Shown one piece after another: positions 1-64,000 of a stretch of DNA of 64,000 nt. Source of the stretch: Balanoglossus misakiensis (taxonomy: Eukaryota > Animalia > Hemichordata); assembly GCA_040954595.2 (NCBI GenBank), contig CM082595.2:829690-893689 (forward strand), read 5' to 3'. The notes under the pieces are model-generated. The model was not told the DNA's origin and ran no database searches. It saw only the letters and a program-made list of their open reading frames with translations. Position numbers and translations under genes: made by a program. How positions within the stretch are numbered: the stretch's first letter is position 1; every line of letters begins with the position of its first letter.

Positions 1-1270
1 ATAGAACAATCTCGTCCGCAAAGGACTCTGGGATCAATGGCGGCCGGTCCTTTTGTTTATTTTTTTACAAATGTACGACTATCGACTTTATATTTTAACC
101 CACACCTTCTAATGAAATGGCGAGTGTGAAATAAAAAGTTTAAGTTGTGAAAACTCTCGAACAGTCCGAAAAACACGGGCCATGGATCGGCCGCCATTGA
201 TCCCAGAGTCCTTTGCGGAAGAGTAGCCGGACCCCCCAGATTGAATAGAACAATCTCGTCCGCAAAGGACTCTGGGATCAATGGCGGCCGGTCCTTTTGT
301 TTATTTTTTTACAAATGTACGACTATCGACTTTACATTTTAACCCACACCTTCTAATGAAATGGCGAGTGTAAAATAAAAAGTTTAAGTTGTGAAAACTC
401 TCGAACAGTCCGAAAAACACGGGCCATGGACCGGCCGCCATTGATCCCAGAGTCCTTTGCGGAAGAGTAGCCGGACCCCCCAGATTGAATAGAACAATCT
501 CGTCCGCAAAGGACTCTGGGATCAATGGCGGCCGGTCCTTTTGTTTATTTTTTTACAAATGTACGACTATCGACTTTATATTTTAACCCACACCTTCTAA
601 TGAAATGGCGAGTGTGAAATAAAAAGTTTAAGTTGTGAAAACTCTCGAACAGTCCGAAAAACACGGGCCATGGATCGGCCGCCATTGATCCCAGAGTCCT
701 TTGCGGAAGAGTAGCCGGACCCCCCAGATTGAATAGAACAATCTCGTCCGCAAAGGACTCTGGGATCAATGGCGGCCGGTCCTTTTGTTTATTTTTTTAC
801 AAATGTACGACTATCGACTTTATATTTTAACCCACACCTTCTAATGAAATGGCGAGTGTAAAATAAAAAGTTTAAGTTGTGAAAACTCTCGAACAGTCCG
901 AAAAACACGGGCCATGGATCGGCCGCCATTGATCCCAGAGTCCTTTGCGGAAGAGTAGCCGGACCCCCCAGATTGAATAGAACAATCTCGTCCGCAAAGG
1001 ACTCTGGGATCAATGGCGGCCGGTCCTTTTGTTTATTTTTTTACAAATGTACGACTATCGACTTTACATTTTAACCCACACCTTCTAATGAAATGGCGAG
1101 TGTAAAATAAAAAGTTTAAGTTGTGAAAACTCTCGAACAGTCCGAAAAACACGGGCCATGGATCGGCCGCCATTGATCCCAGAGTCCTTTGCGGAAGAGT
1201 AGCCGGACACCCCCAGATTGAATAGAACAATCTCGTCCGCAAAGGACTCTGGGATCAATGGCGGCCGGTC
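1..1270. repeat. Tandem array type A, 244-bp unit, ~5 copies, runs off the window start
   Basis: ATAGAACAATCTC recurs at 1, 245, 489, 733, 977 and 1222. Units differ only at ~3 substitution sites and one 1-bp insertion. Each unit contains a ~40-bp segment on both strands (e.g. 184-223 vs 255-294). Confidence 0.97.
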
Positions 1271-2035
1271 CATGGGCCGATCCATGGACCGTGTTTTTCG
1301 GATTGTTCGAGAGTTTTCACAACTTAAAAGTTTTATTTCACACTCGCCATTTCATTAGAAGGTGTGGGTTAAAATATAAAGTCGATAGTCGTACATTTGT
1401 AAAAAATAAACAAAAGTGAGGAAAATGTAAACGTGTTGAGGGCGCTAGAAACATAGCCGGCCACCCCCAGATTGAATAGAACAATCTCTTCCGCAAAGGA
1501 CTCTGGGATCAATGGCGGCCGGTCCATGGCCCGATCCATGGACCGTGTTTTTCGGGTTGTCCGAGAGTTTTTACAACTTAAAAGTTTTATTTTACACTCG
1601 CCATTTCATTAAAAGGTGTGGGTTACAATATAAAGTCGATAGTCGTACATTTGTAAAAAATAAACAAAAGTGAGGAAAATGTAAACGTGTTGGGGGCGCT
1701 AGAAACATAGCCGGACACCGCCATTTTGAATAGAACAATCTCTTCCGCAAAGGACTCTGGGTTCAATGGCGGCCATTCCGTGGCCCGATCCATGGACCGT
1801 GTTTTTCGGGTTGTCCGAGAGTTTTTACAACTTAAAAGTTTTATTTCACACTCGCCATTTCATTAGAAGGTGTGGGTTAAAATATAAAGTCGATAGTCGT
1901 ACATTTGTAAAAAATAAACAAAAGTGAGGAAAATGTAAATGTGTTGAGGGCGCTAGAAACATAACCGGACACCCCAGGTTAACGGTTGAAAATAGAACAA
2001 TCTCTACCGCGCGGGACTGGGGGATCCATGGGGTC
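1200..2035. repeat. Tandem array type B, 254-bp unit, 3 copies plus a degenerate fragment; core inverted relative to type A
   Basis: TAGCCGG/TAACCGG unit starts at 1200, 1454, 1708 and 1962. The core (CCGTGTTTTTCGG...TAAACAAAAG) is the reverse complement of the type A core. Divergence rises towards 2035. Confidence 0.95.
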
Positions 2036-2120
2036 ATCTCTATAGTTACAGTATAACCAATCAGCGTCATCTATTGTAGTCACCTGACAAAGTTCAAAAG
2101 TCGTGAAGTATGGCGGCGAT
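2036..2120 (+). promoter_or_regulatory. Probable core promoter of the MIIP-like gene (CCAAT box, YY1-like motif, possible X-box)
   Basis: AACCAATCAG at 2055-2064 fits the NF-Y consensus. ATGGCGGC at 2110-2117 is the YY1 core. 2036-2049 reads GTAACTATAGAGAT on - (imperfect RFX X-box). All lie just upstream of a strong donor CCG|GTGAGT at 2235/2236. Confidence 0.55.
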
Positions 2121-2235
2121 CTTGAATGTACACAAGTGAAACAGTTAGTTTGAAAACATTCTTTGCGCCAACTCATCGGAGAGAACAGTCATTCCGTTAT
2201 TTAGGGGAACACTGAGGATTGACACATTGAGACCG
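2100..2235 (+). other. MIIP: Probable non-coding exon 1 of the MIIP-like gene (start approximate)
   Basis: Donor GTGAGT at 2236. The next acceptor is a pyrimidine tract plus AAG at 2472-2474, 37 nt before the ATG at 2512. The TSS cannot be determined from sequence. Confidence 0.55.
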
Positions 2236-2511
2236 GTGAGTAAACTTTTTGAGTAATTTGACTCTGTGTACAGTAGACAGATTTAGAAATGATTTTCCGA
2301 GAGGATCTGGCTGAACCAAAACAAGCCAGAACATGTATATGCATATGTATGGTCGTTGAATCGATGCTATCAAATTACTAACTGATCAGTCAATATGACA
2401 GAAAAGATTTTCTGTATTTTGTGCTAGTTAGGAAGAAGACTTAGCATATTTGGTTTCTTTTTCTTCCATGAAAGTTAGTCTACAACATACACATCACTGA
2501 AGTGTGTCAAC

Positions 2512-4901
2512 ATGACTGATATCAAAAGACTTTCCAAACTGAGAGAGGATAATAGAATTCTGCTGGAACAGCTGAGACAAAACCAGGTATCTGTAAAAGG
2601 AGCCATGAGCTCCACAAAACAGCGCATTCCATCAAGTTCAAAGAGACAGAAAGCAAGGAACAAACGGTTGGATTTGTCCGATGCAGATCTTAGCAGCATT
2701 TACCCAGATTACAAAGACTGTAGTCCTGTATCAACTCGAAGCCGTAAAAGGGTTCATGTTGAGCGGGCAGTGACAAGTAGCACTCCAAAGAGACCCCGGC
2801 GACCGAGATCCACAACTCCCAAACCGAGCAAATCACCCACAAAAGCTGCGCCAAGAACCTTAGATGGAACTCAAGACGAGGTAGGCAGCTTCATTAGACC
2901 CGCAGCATCAGAAACCAAAACAGACAAAAGTGTTGACCCTGGTAGGTCAAAGGTCAAGAAATCAGCAAGCTCAGGAAGAGCTGCATCTCCAATTCTTTCA
3001 CCGGATGATTCATCGCTGCAACAAGACCAAGAAAACCTTTCACACAGTCGACATTCAGAATTTCTGAATTCCTACATGGAGAGAAGTCGACGGGAAGGAT
3101 TGCGACCGAGAAAGACACCACCTAGATACTCAGATAAGTTGTTGGCCGATGGAAATGATAGAAGGCATGCCAAAGTTGCCAGAGAAATGGCGAAGAAACC
3201 AAAATCAATACTTTTAACTCCGGGCGGAAAGAATATCAGGGTATGTATTGTACTTAGTCTTGTAGATTGTCAGTATAAAATGTACCTTGAAATTTTACTA
3301 ATGGAAGTGAAATGCCACTTTTGTAAACTTGAATGGTCGAAGGAGGATGATAAGTTGTCATCTCCATTGTTTCATCTGTAGACTCCAGCAAAAGTGAGCT
3401 TCCTGTCACCTGACCAGAGAGAAACAACAGGATTGGATGAACGGCAAGGGCAGCCATTGCTGGGTTATGATTGGATAGCTGGACTGCTTGACAACGACGA
3501 ATCTGTTGCTGAGAAATCACAGAATTATTTTGACGAACTCAAGGAATTTAGGAGAGTGAACAATGATGAGTGTTTTCATCGATCATTTGCCGAGGGGTTA
3601 GTATGAAATACACTGCTCTATGTTTTTCTTTGTGAATAATTCCTCTAAGAAAGCATAACAATTTACACTGTATCTCCACTTCAGACCCAAGACCCCAAAG
3701 ACGCCAAAATCAGCCAAGTCATCAAAGCCTACTAAAGTCAAGTCTCCTCAGAAGATAGAAGATGAAGATGAAGATAAACATACATGTAAGTAGAGTAACT
3801 ACCCCCGTAACTTTTTTTGGAATATCCTTGTGGTTGTCTTGTACCAGTAGGGCATTCCATTTCTTGGAATTGAAGGGGAAATCATCTGTGAGTGGCTAGA
3901 TCTGAACATAACTAATGTCACTGTATTTGTTCCCTACAGGTATACACAGCTATAAGTTGAACAGTCGTCTGTTTCCTGTTCCTGTCCACAAAGCGACGAA
4001 TGGAGACAGCGAATGTCCAATCTGTAAAACAAGTCGTAGCAACGAGATGAGAAGAGGTTCACCATCTTACATCAGGTCAGCTACATCAGATATTCAACAC
4101 CTCCATATATGCCTTATTCATATACGTTCTTTACCAGAACGGTCTCAACTTTGTATCTGTTTTTAAATCTTTCATTTTGCACTGTCCATTCCAACAGAGT
4201 GAGTTTACCAAGAAGTACCTTGGCGTCTCCGTATCGCCTCAGACCACATCGACGTCGAAGCTTTGATCCTATTGATTCAGTTTCTCTCTCACAGGTAAGT
4301 TGTTCAGTCACTTATATGAAGTGATTGGCTATTGTACATCATATCCCTAATATTAATGTACTTCCTCAGATTCATCAAGCATTGACCTTGTTATACTATT
4401 GCAAGACATTGGAAGGTTTATGAAATCCTCTAACATTTTTGCATCTTCCTAAAATTCCAGCATTGCTTGGCGGGATGGGAATGTTCCAGGCCATCCATGA
4501 TGCCACCCGCACTTAACGTGGATCTGAAAGATTCCTTGGATGTTCCCAACAAGGCTGCTGCTATGTCTGTAAGTAATGCCAGTTATTGAAGTTAGGGAAT
4601 ACTGCTTTGAATTCAGGTGTTTATTGTTGTCTATGCACCTGACAAGTTGAGGATTGCATGGACAATAACCATTATCCCCAGAGATCTTTTGTTCTCAACT
4701 GAATGACTCTTTGTTCTTTGATTTCACCAGACTGTCGGAAAATGGGCCAACAAAGTACCAGTGTCACTCTCGCCGTCAAAGAAGACTGCAGCCCTGTTGA
4801 AGAAATCACACGCACTACGCTACAGTGTACAACAAATTGAGAAAGAGAGACCATGGGAGAAGATACCACCAGCCAAATCAACGGATTACCCACTACTCTA
4901 G
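2512..4901 (+). CDS. MIIP: Migration and invasion inhibitory protein (MIIP)-like, join(2512..3240,3382..3596,3685..3785,3940..4075,4198..4294,4461..4568,4731..4901), 518 aa
   Basis: All six introns are GT-AG with consistent phases (0,2,1,2,0,0), giving 1557 nt ending in TAG. MIIP-family motifs are present: PLLGYDWIAGLLD..YFDELKEFRRVNNDEC, HTCIHSYKLNSRLFPVP..CPICK, RVSLPRSTL..HRRRSFDPIDSVSLSQHCLAGWE. Confidence 0.9.
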
Positions 4902-5297
4902 GAGTCAAATTATTATTCCCATGTACACTTGTATAACTATTGCCAAAAACATAAAAACAAACGTTTGAATGACACTACACGAGAGGGCCAATTCCTTCGC
5001 TGATTTCATCTGCAAAATATTCAAGTTTTTTGTCTCATATCCAATATTCAAATATTATCAAATCAGTTTGTTTAATTCACTTTGTCTTGTATTTGTTGTA
5101 ATTAAATGCATAACATTCAATGAACTACTTAATCACACAGTTTCAAAATCTGACTGGTATACCTTAGCATCCCCATATATACTCACTTGTAATTATACTG
5201 AATCTGGTATGGCTATCTCACTTCATATTTAGAAATAACATAGATGCGTTATGTATATGATATTGTACAATAAGTCTGATTTTTAATCTTTGATTTG

Positions 5298-5303
5298 AAT
5301 AAA
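5298..5303 (+). terminator. Candidate polyadenylation signal for the MIIP-like gene
   Basis: AATAAA ~400 nt after the stop, followed by TG-rich sequence. Alternatives are ATTAAA at 5101 and AATAAA at 5671. Confidence 0.4.
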
Positions 5304-8300
5304 TGATGAGATATTCATTTGCAATGGCTGATGTTGTCTTTCAAGAGTGGGGCACATGTGTTGTTGACGAGAGCTGCTCATTACACCCGGGTTGTGTGGG
5401 GTACAACCGAAAACATGGAACATTTTATTCGCTGTCTGCAGGAATTCTGCAGCTGTTTTGCAAACTGATTTCTGATCGGTCACTTGTCTGTTGAAACAGT
5501 GACATAACAGGTGTACACCTGAGGCATATGAATTATGCCACCTGTGGGAATAGACCTCCAATGATGGTGGTTTCAGACCGGATTCTGAGGCGATGGATCA
5601 ACAGCTGTTTGTGCTGTTAAAGGAAGCACCTGACACAGTTTTACCAATAAGGGGGGCCAAGGTGCATGGCAATAAACCCAAATGACGCACACTCTCAAAT
5701 ATATAACATAATGTATAACATTACACAGTGCGTCTTGCCAATATTCATTCACTTCCCCTGACTAGCTTGGTATGATTCTATGAATTTCTGGTATGCGGTA
5801 TTAGCACTGCATGATACTGTCACTGTTTCCAGCAACTGAGGATCTCTTGAACTTTTGGCATGTGTCCTCAACAGTTAGATACAGTTACAGTTCTGACCAC
5901 TGTCCTAGCCTACCATATACAGACACATACACACAACCAAACATAGTAAAATACACACACACTTTCCTCATACTACTGTAAGAGACGCAAGCAAGACAGA
6001 TTTGTTTCAAGCTGATACAAATTCATAATTTCTCTGTATATATCTTTTCCAGTGAAGTCATGTACATGTCATAATACATGATTTTATATAAACTCATTAA
6101 TACAAAAAACAAATCTTTTCTTAGTAAATACTTATGTCTGATAATAAAAATCCTCAAATAAAACAACAGAAGAAGCATCACACAACTAGAATCGCAGACT
6201 GCATCTAACTTGAACGCTAAAATCGTCTCATGAAAATTGAACTTCAGAAATTCAGAAGATTGCAAACAGCACATACAAAACTACATTTTTTGTTCAGAAA
6301 AATATTACACAATTGGAACACGTCTGTGTTCCTTATTAATCACAGCGCCATCTACAAATTTACATATTTTAAACTTCACACGGCATGGTTGTCCCTACTA
6401 TAGCTGTAGCTGATCACCCCTAAATAAGTGATGGTACATTCCAGCTCTGCTGCATTTTAATATACATGGCCACAACTAAGTCATATCAGTGAGGGACAAC
6501 AGACTGCAAAGGGAGGGATAGCTGCACCCCCATCGGAAAAAATAGCACCAATCTCCTTGCGGTGGGACGAATCAAAGATTTTTGTTTACTTCTGAGGTGT
6601 CATTTTGATATTTCAATAAGCGATCTAAATAAAAGTGTTAGTCTAAAGATTTTTATCAACTTGACGCATCCAATTTTTGGAACACAAAACATCTAGAGCT
6701 CAATAGCTTATTATAACTACACTGTACACTATGTACACGATATCTTGTCAATGTAAGCTCCGCGTCACAAATCAACGAATAAAATAAATTAATGTAACAA
6801 GACTTAAAGGCAAAATTTACTTCACATATAATGTCTAACACTGCATATATTCTTAGCTTGTAACAAAACGATTTCTGCCAAACAAAAAATATATCTCTTA
6901 GGAGAAATTGCTAATTTTTCAGGATGTCATATTAGCGTCTTCTTTGCTATGGCTGACGTCTGAGTATTTTTATGGAAGATTTGATCACAGGACAGTTTCT
7001 TTTATCTTAAATTAATGGACACAAAATGCAGATCTGTTGACCCTACTCTCCAATTTCCAAATTCACTACATTCTTGTCAAAACAAAAAAGACCACAAATT
7101 TTCCACACAGTTCTTTCTTCGGAATACAATTGACAAAATATCCTTTTTAAAGTTTATAATAATAGTATTTTTTCTTTTTAAAAATATCATAATACAGTAC
7201 TGTATGTTGTTGCCTAAAAACTGGATAACCATGGCAACAGAAAACATGGGTATCAGCGAGTGAAGCAACATGAATAGTAAAAGTGAAATACTTGAACGGG
7301 CTTGGAAATTTGAACGTCATAACACACAGTGCGATGAATACGAAAAATATTTTCCATGATATCCATTTGTTTACCAAAATAATACCTTTACATAAATTAC
7401 CCTGTGTCCTTTTAAACACAACAAATCTCCCACAAACCTTTATGATCCACAAAACATAATATACAAATTATAAATATTGTCGGAGAAACTCAACCTGTAC
7501 AAATAAAATAGCAGAAATCTTTGCATGAACTACAAAAGGAAAAAAAATATTAACGCCGATTTTTTTTAGTTTTTTTCTTATATTATAGAAAACTAAAACT
7601 TTAAAAACAACTTCAGCTCAACTTGTTCCACTTATGCAGTAAATAACTTCACAGCGCAACTGTAACATTAGAAACGGTTCCTAATACGCAATGTACATTA
7701 ACGTAACATGAAAGCGCCATTTCACATCAATTGCGCTTGTTAACTTTTTTTAAACTTTTCGTAATTTTATTTTCTGCACTGATATGTTAGCAATAAAAAT
7801 ATTATATCTTAATTCTGGTTATCAATCTACAGGAACAACAGTAAAGGAAATCCTGTCTAGCCACACATAAAGCAAAACATTTCTGCCGTATTAATGTGTT
7901 TTTGAAACAAAAATATCAGCCTTGATTGACAGCGATACAGCAAGTCATGTGACCTCATTAGTATGCTAATATTATGTAAAAGTTGCACACAAGATGGGTC
8001 AGCGAGCAAGTTTGCCTCAAAGGCAAATGTTAACATTTTCACTATACAGATGCACCAGGTTCCAACAGGCTATTTTGTAGACATTATAAAATCAATTAAG
8101 TTTTCAATAGGCAGTGAATCTCTGAAAAAATATCCTTCAAAACTGAAGAAAAGGGTGGTGGGGAAATCATGATATTGTATCAATAAAATATTCATTTGCT
8201 GGACTAAAATTACGATTGGAAGTTTTTTTATCTCTTTGCTCACAAGTACAGAGGTGGGAACTGGACTCCCTAAGTCAGTGAAGTTTGACTCAGCCCGGAA

Positions 8301-8360
8301 TATCCATGTGTATTAGGAAAAGGTGTACTTTACATACATTTAGAGATGTCCATATCATAA

Positions 8361-8400
8361 TCAATGGGTTTGGACAAAACCATGGTGGTGACAAGGTTAA
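8361..8400 (+). mobile_element. Right-half relic of the 93-bp MITE
   Basis: TCAATGGGTTTGGACAAAACCATGGTGGTGACAAGGTTAA matches the right ends of copies 1 and 2; the left TIR was not found. Confidence 0.55.
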
Positions 8401-9678
8401 CCTACAGAAACTCATTATTTCACCACTAGGCTCTTGGTAATTAAGTCACACAGACAGTGGGGTTGATGAACCCATGTACAGGAGAATTTAAAGATCAGAT
8501 TAAGTACAAAGATTCCTACACAATTAAGCACTGTCAACATTTTACCAGCCAAACATTTTAAACAAATTTCCCATAAATGTTTAGACATTGACAATCAGTA
8601 AATATACATATGATTCTACGCAACCTAACACCTCGAGAGGTTGCATTTGTTCCTTGATATTATTCCTAGCAGAGGCGAGACCAGAATTCTAATCACGCTG
8701 CGATAAACCAGCATTGAAAAAAATATTGATGACTTTCCATTGACATTATTAGCAAACCACCTTTCCAAAAATCAATGGACTGCAAGTCTGCATAATTCAA
8801 ATCTCTTCTAAACAGACTCCGAGCCACTTCATCTTTTGCTATATCTACAAATTTGTTTTTTGGTCCAAAACGCAGTAAAAATTACAGAAAATAACGACTG
8901 CAAATATTTTGGCAGGAAAATCTTGACATTTCAGGGGTCATCGATCATTCATCCTTTCTCACTACTTCTCCCTGAGGGCAGTCTACGAATATTCTTCATC
9001 AGAATAATGGAAAACGCTGTAGCCATGAGTTAATTGATGCATGGAAAACCTTGCCACTACACATGGATAATGCCGGGGGGAAGTCCATACCCAGACGCAA
9101 TGTTCTCGTAGTCCTACTCTCATATTTGCGTTATCAGTTCTTGACCTTTTCTTCCCTTGAGGATAAACACATTTTATCTGGTTTTTAGAATATTGCTTTT
9201 ATGTAGTCCAGAAAGGTTGTATCCTCATGTACATTACATAATATCTTGCTACAACAACTCCATGTAAGTTTCTTCGTGCGAATAAAATTATTATAATCTA
9301 AAATAGATAATTTTAGCTGCTTACTTGGTCGTGAAGGGATCAAGGCTTTATTCTTCAGCTGTTCCCCGTTTAAAATCATCTGGAAGCACCTTATATCTCA
9401 TCACACAGGACCACTCAACACACAACAACATGTCAATTACAAGCAATGTGTAACTCTGCATTCAGTCTCTACTGAGCATGTCCAATGACCCCACGTATGC
9501 AGAACATCATGGGGAATAATTAGCCTAAATATTTGCATATAATTTGCATATTTCTGTACATTTTTTACAAGGGCATAAGGGGTACTCCTGAGGGTGTAGC
9601 TGTACAATATATGGTACCTCTAGGTGTGCCCGAAATGAACATAGATGCCATCAAGGCACTCTGGGTGCAATTAACGAG

Positions 9679-62853
<53,175 letters not shown>

Positions 62854-64000
62854 CTGGAAGGAGAATCATAAAAAGACTTTAATTTCAAAATTATACTTTT
62901 TTCATTTCTACATTCGATCATTTGTGTACAAATGTTTATGTACAAATTTTTTGTGTGTGTCAAGACTTGTAAGTCTTGAAATACACAAATTCTTCAATAC
63001 AAAACAGAGGAAAGATTTGTGTGTCACGGTAGTGCATGCTAGAATATTTGCGTGATCATGAGAAGTCACACTAATTTGTCCGGAATGAATGTGGGTGGAT
63101 GGTGCTTTATCAAAGAACAACTGAACACAAATATTGACCCTGCAGGGGAAATCAAATGAAAACAGGACGAACACAGGTAACAATAGATCCAGAACATGAA
63201 CTTAATTGCTTTTATCATAACATTCTTCCTTTCATCTGCAAATTTGATCTTTTTTTTCTTTCTACACAGGGCTTTTTTACTTCCTCTGTATTGAAACGAC
63301 ATCCATGATGAATGAGTATGTAACATGAAATGAGCTTTAGCTTCTATTAAAATCATTATTTACTGACCAAAGTCCTCTATAAACACTGTGATAAATCAAT
63401 TATTTTACAGACATGAAACGGCAAAGTAGTGTTCTATTTCATGGGTATATGTATTCATGTCATCTTTGCCTTTTGTTTAACTCGACTGCCGAGATACATC
63501 CCCGTATCAATCTCGGGATTTCTGCTGTTCAAATGTGCGTCGAAGTTCGCTGGTCACAAGTTCAATTTTTTAAGTTTAGTGAAATTTGCCATTTTATGTC
63601 CGTTCTCATTCATTTATCGGCTTTCAAAACAACAGCCGACTCATCACATTGTGTTCTGAAGAAGCTCACAGTTAGGTGAAAGTATCATTCTTTTTTTTTT
63701 AAATCAATTATGGCGAGACTTAGACGATACATTAAAGGTTACCTCCTGTCTCTGTGTGATTATTACCAAACAATAAGAATGTCTTTAAATATGTCCAATC
63801 AACATTGGAATTGACATGCCAACCTTTACAGCATATTATTCTGTGCACACACACACAGGCCTACAACTTTTATGTCTGTCATTTAGTAGGTCCTACAAAA
63901 CAAAATAATCATGCTCTTAAAATGTTCGGATCGTAAAAATCACCAGAAGCCTGCGATCGCAAAAGATAATAAATGGAACTTTTTCAGAGTTTATTAAACT

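Noticed and set aside
57-1285. Repeated 66-74 aa ORFs on -
   Set aside because: They are by-products of the tandem unit. They have no recognisable domain and no ATG start in the 74-aa copies, and a 1-bp insertion breaks the frame in the fifth unit.
1-2035. CRISPR-like array or recombinase-driven invertible switch
   Set aside because: Inter-repeat segments are identical rather than unique spacers, no cas or recombinase gene is present, and the context is eukaryotic. B units lack the second inverted arm, so A and B are not two states of a simple flip.
1-2035. Tandem RNA gene (5S, tRNA, snRNA) or hammerhead-ribozyme satellite
   Set aside because: I recognised no A/B/C boxes, Sm site or CTGATGA...GAAA core. 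An Infernal/Rfam scan would be the decisive test.
3597-3606. Alternative MIIP donor at 3601 (GTATGA)
   Set aside because: It shifts the frame of the next exon. The donor at 3597 gives the phase that restores the conserved downstream motifs.

Overview
AT-rich eukaryotic (metazoan) genomic DNA with GT-AG introns. The Eph sequence and gene structure suggest an invertebrate deuterostome, but that is inference. Contents: (1) 1-2035 is a two-part tandem array. Five near-identical 244-bp units, each contributing a 40-bp inverted-repeat hairpin, are joined to three 254-bp units plus a fragment that carry the same core in the opposite orientation and decay into a promoter. (2) A compact MIIP-family gene on + (7 coding exons, 2512-4901, 518 aa by my splicing) has a probable non-coding first exon. 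(3) The 3' part of a convergent Eph receptor tyrosine kinase gene on - has 11 coding exons from 62853 to 9679, covering the second FN3 domain, TM, juxtamembrane, kinase, SAM and PDZ-binding tail; its 5' exons lie beyond the window end. (4) The Eph introns hold 93-bp TTAA-flanked MITEs, other TE relics, microsatellites, an excess of RFX X-box motifs and a Sox-POU composite cluster. No prokaryotic system, CRISPR array or RNA gene is evident. The best candidates for something undescribed are the hairpin array and its inversion junction at the MIIP promoter, and the intronic Sox-POU/RFX module.
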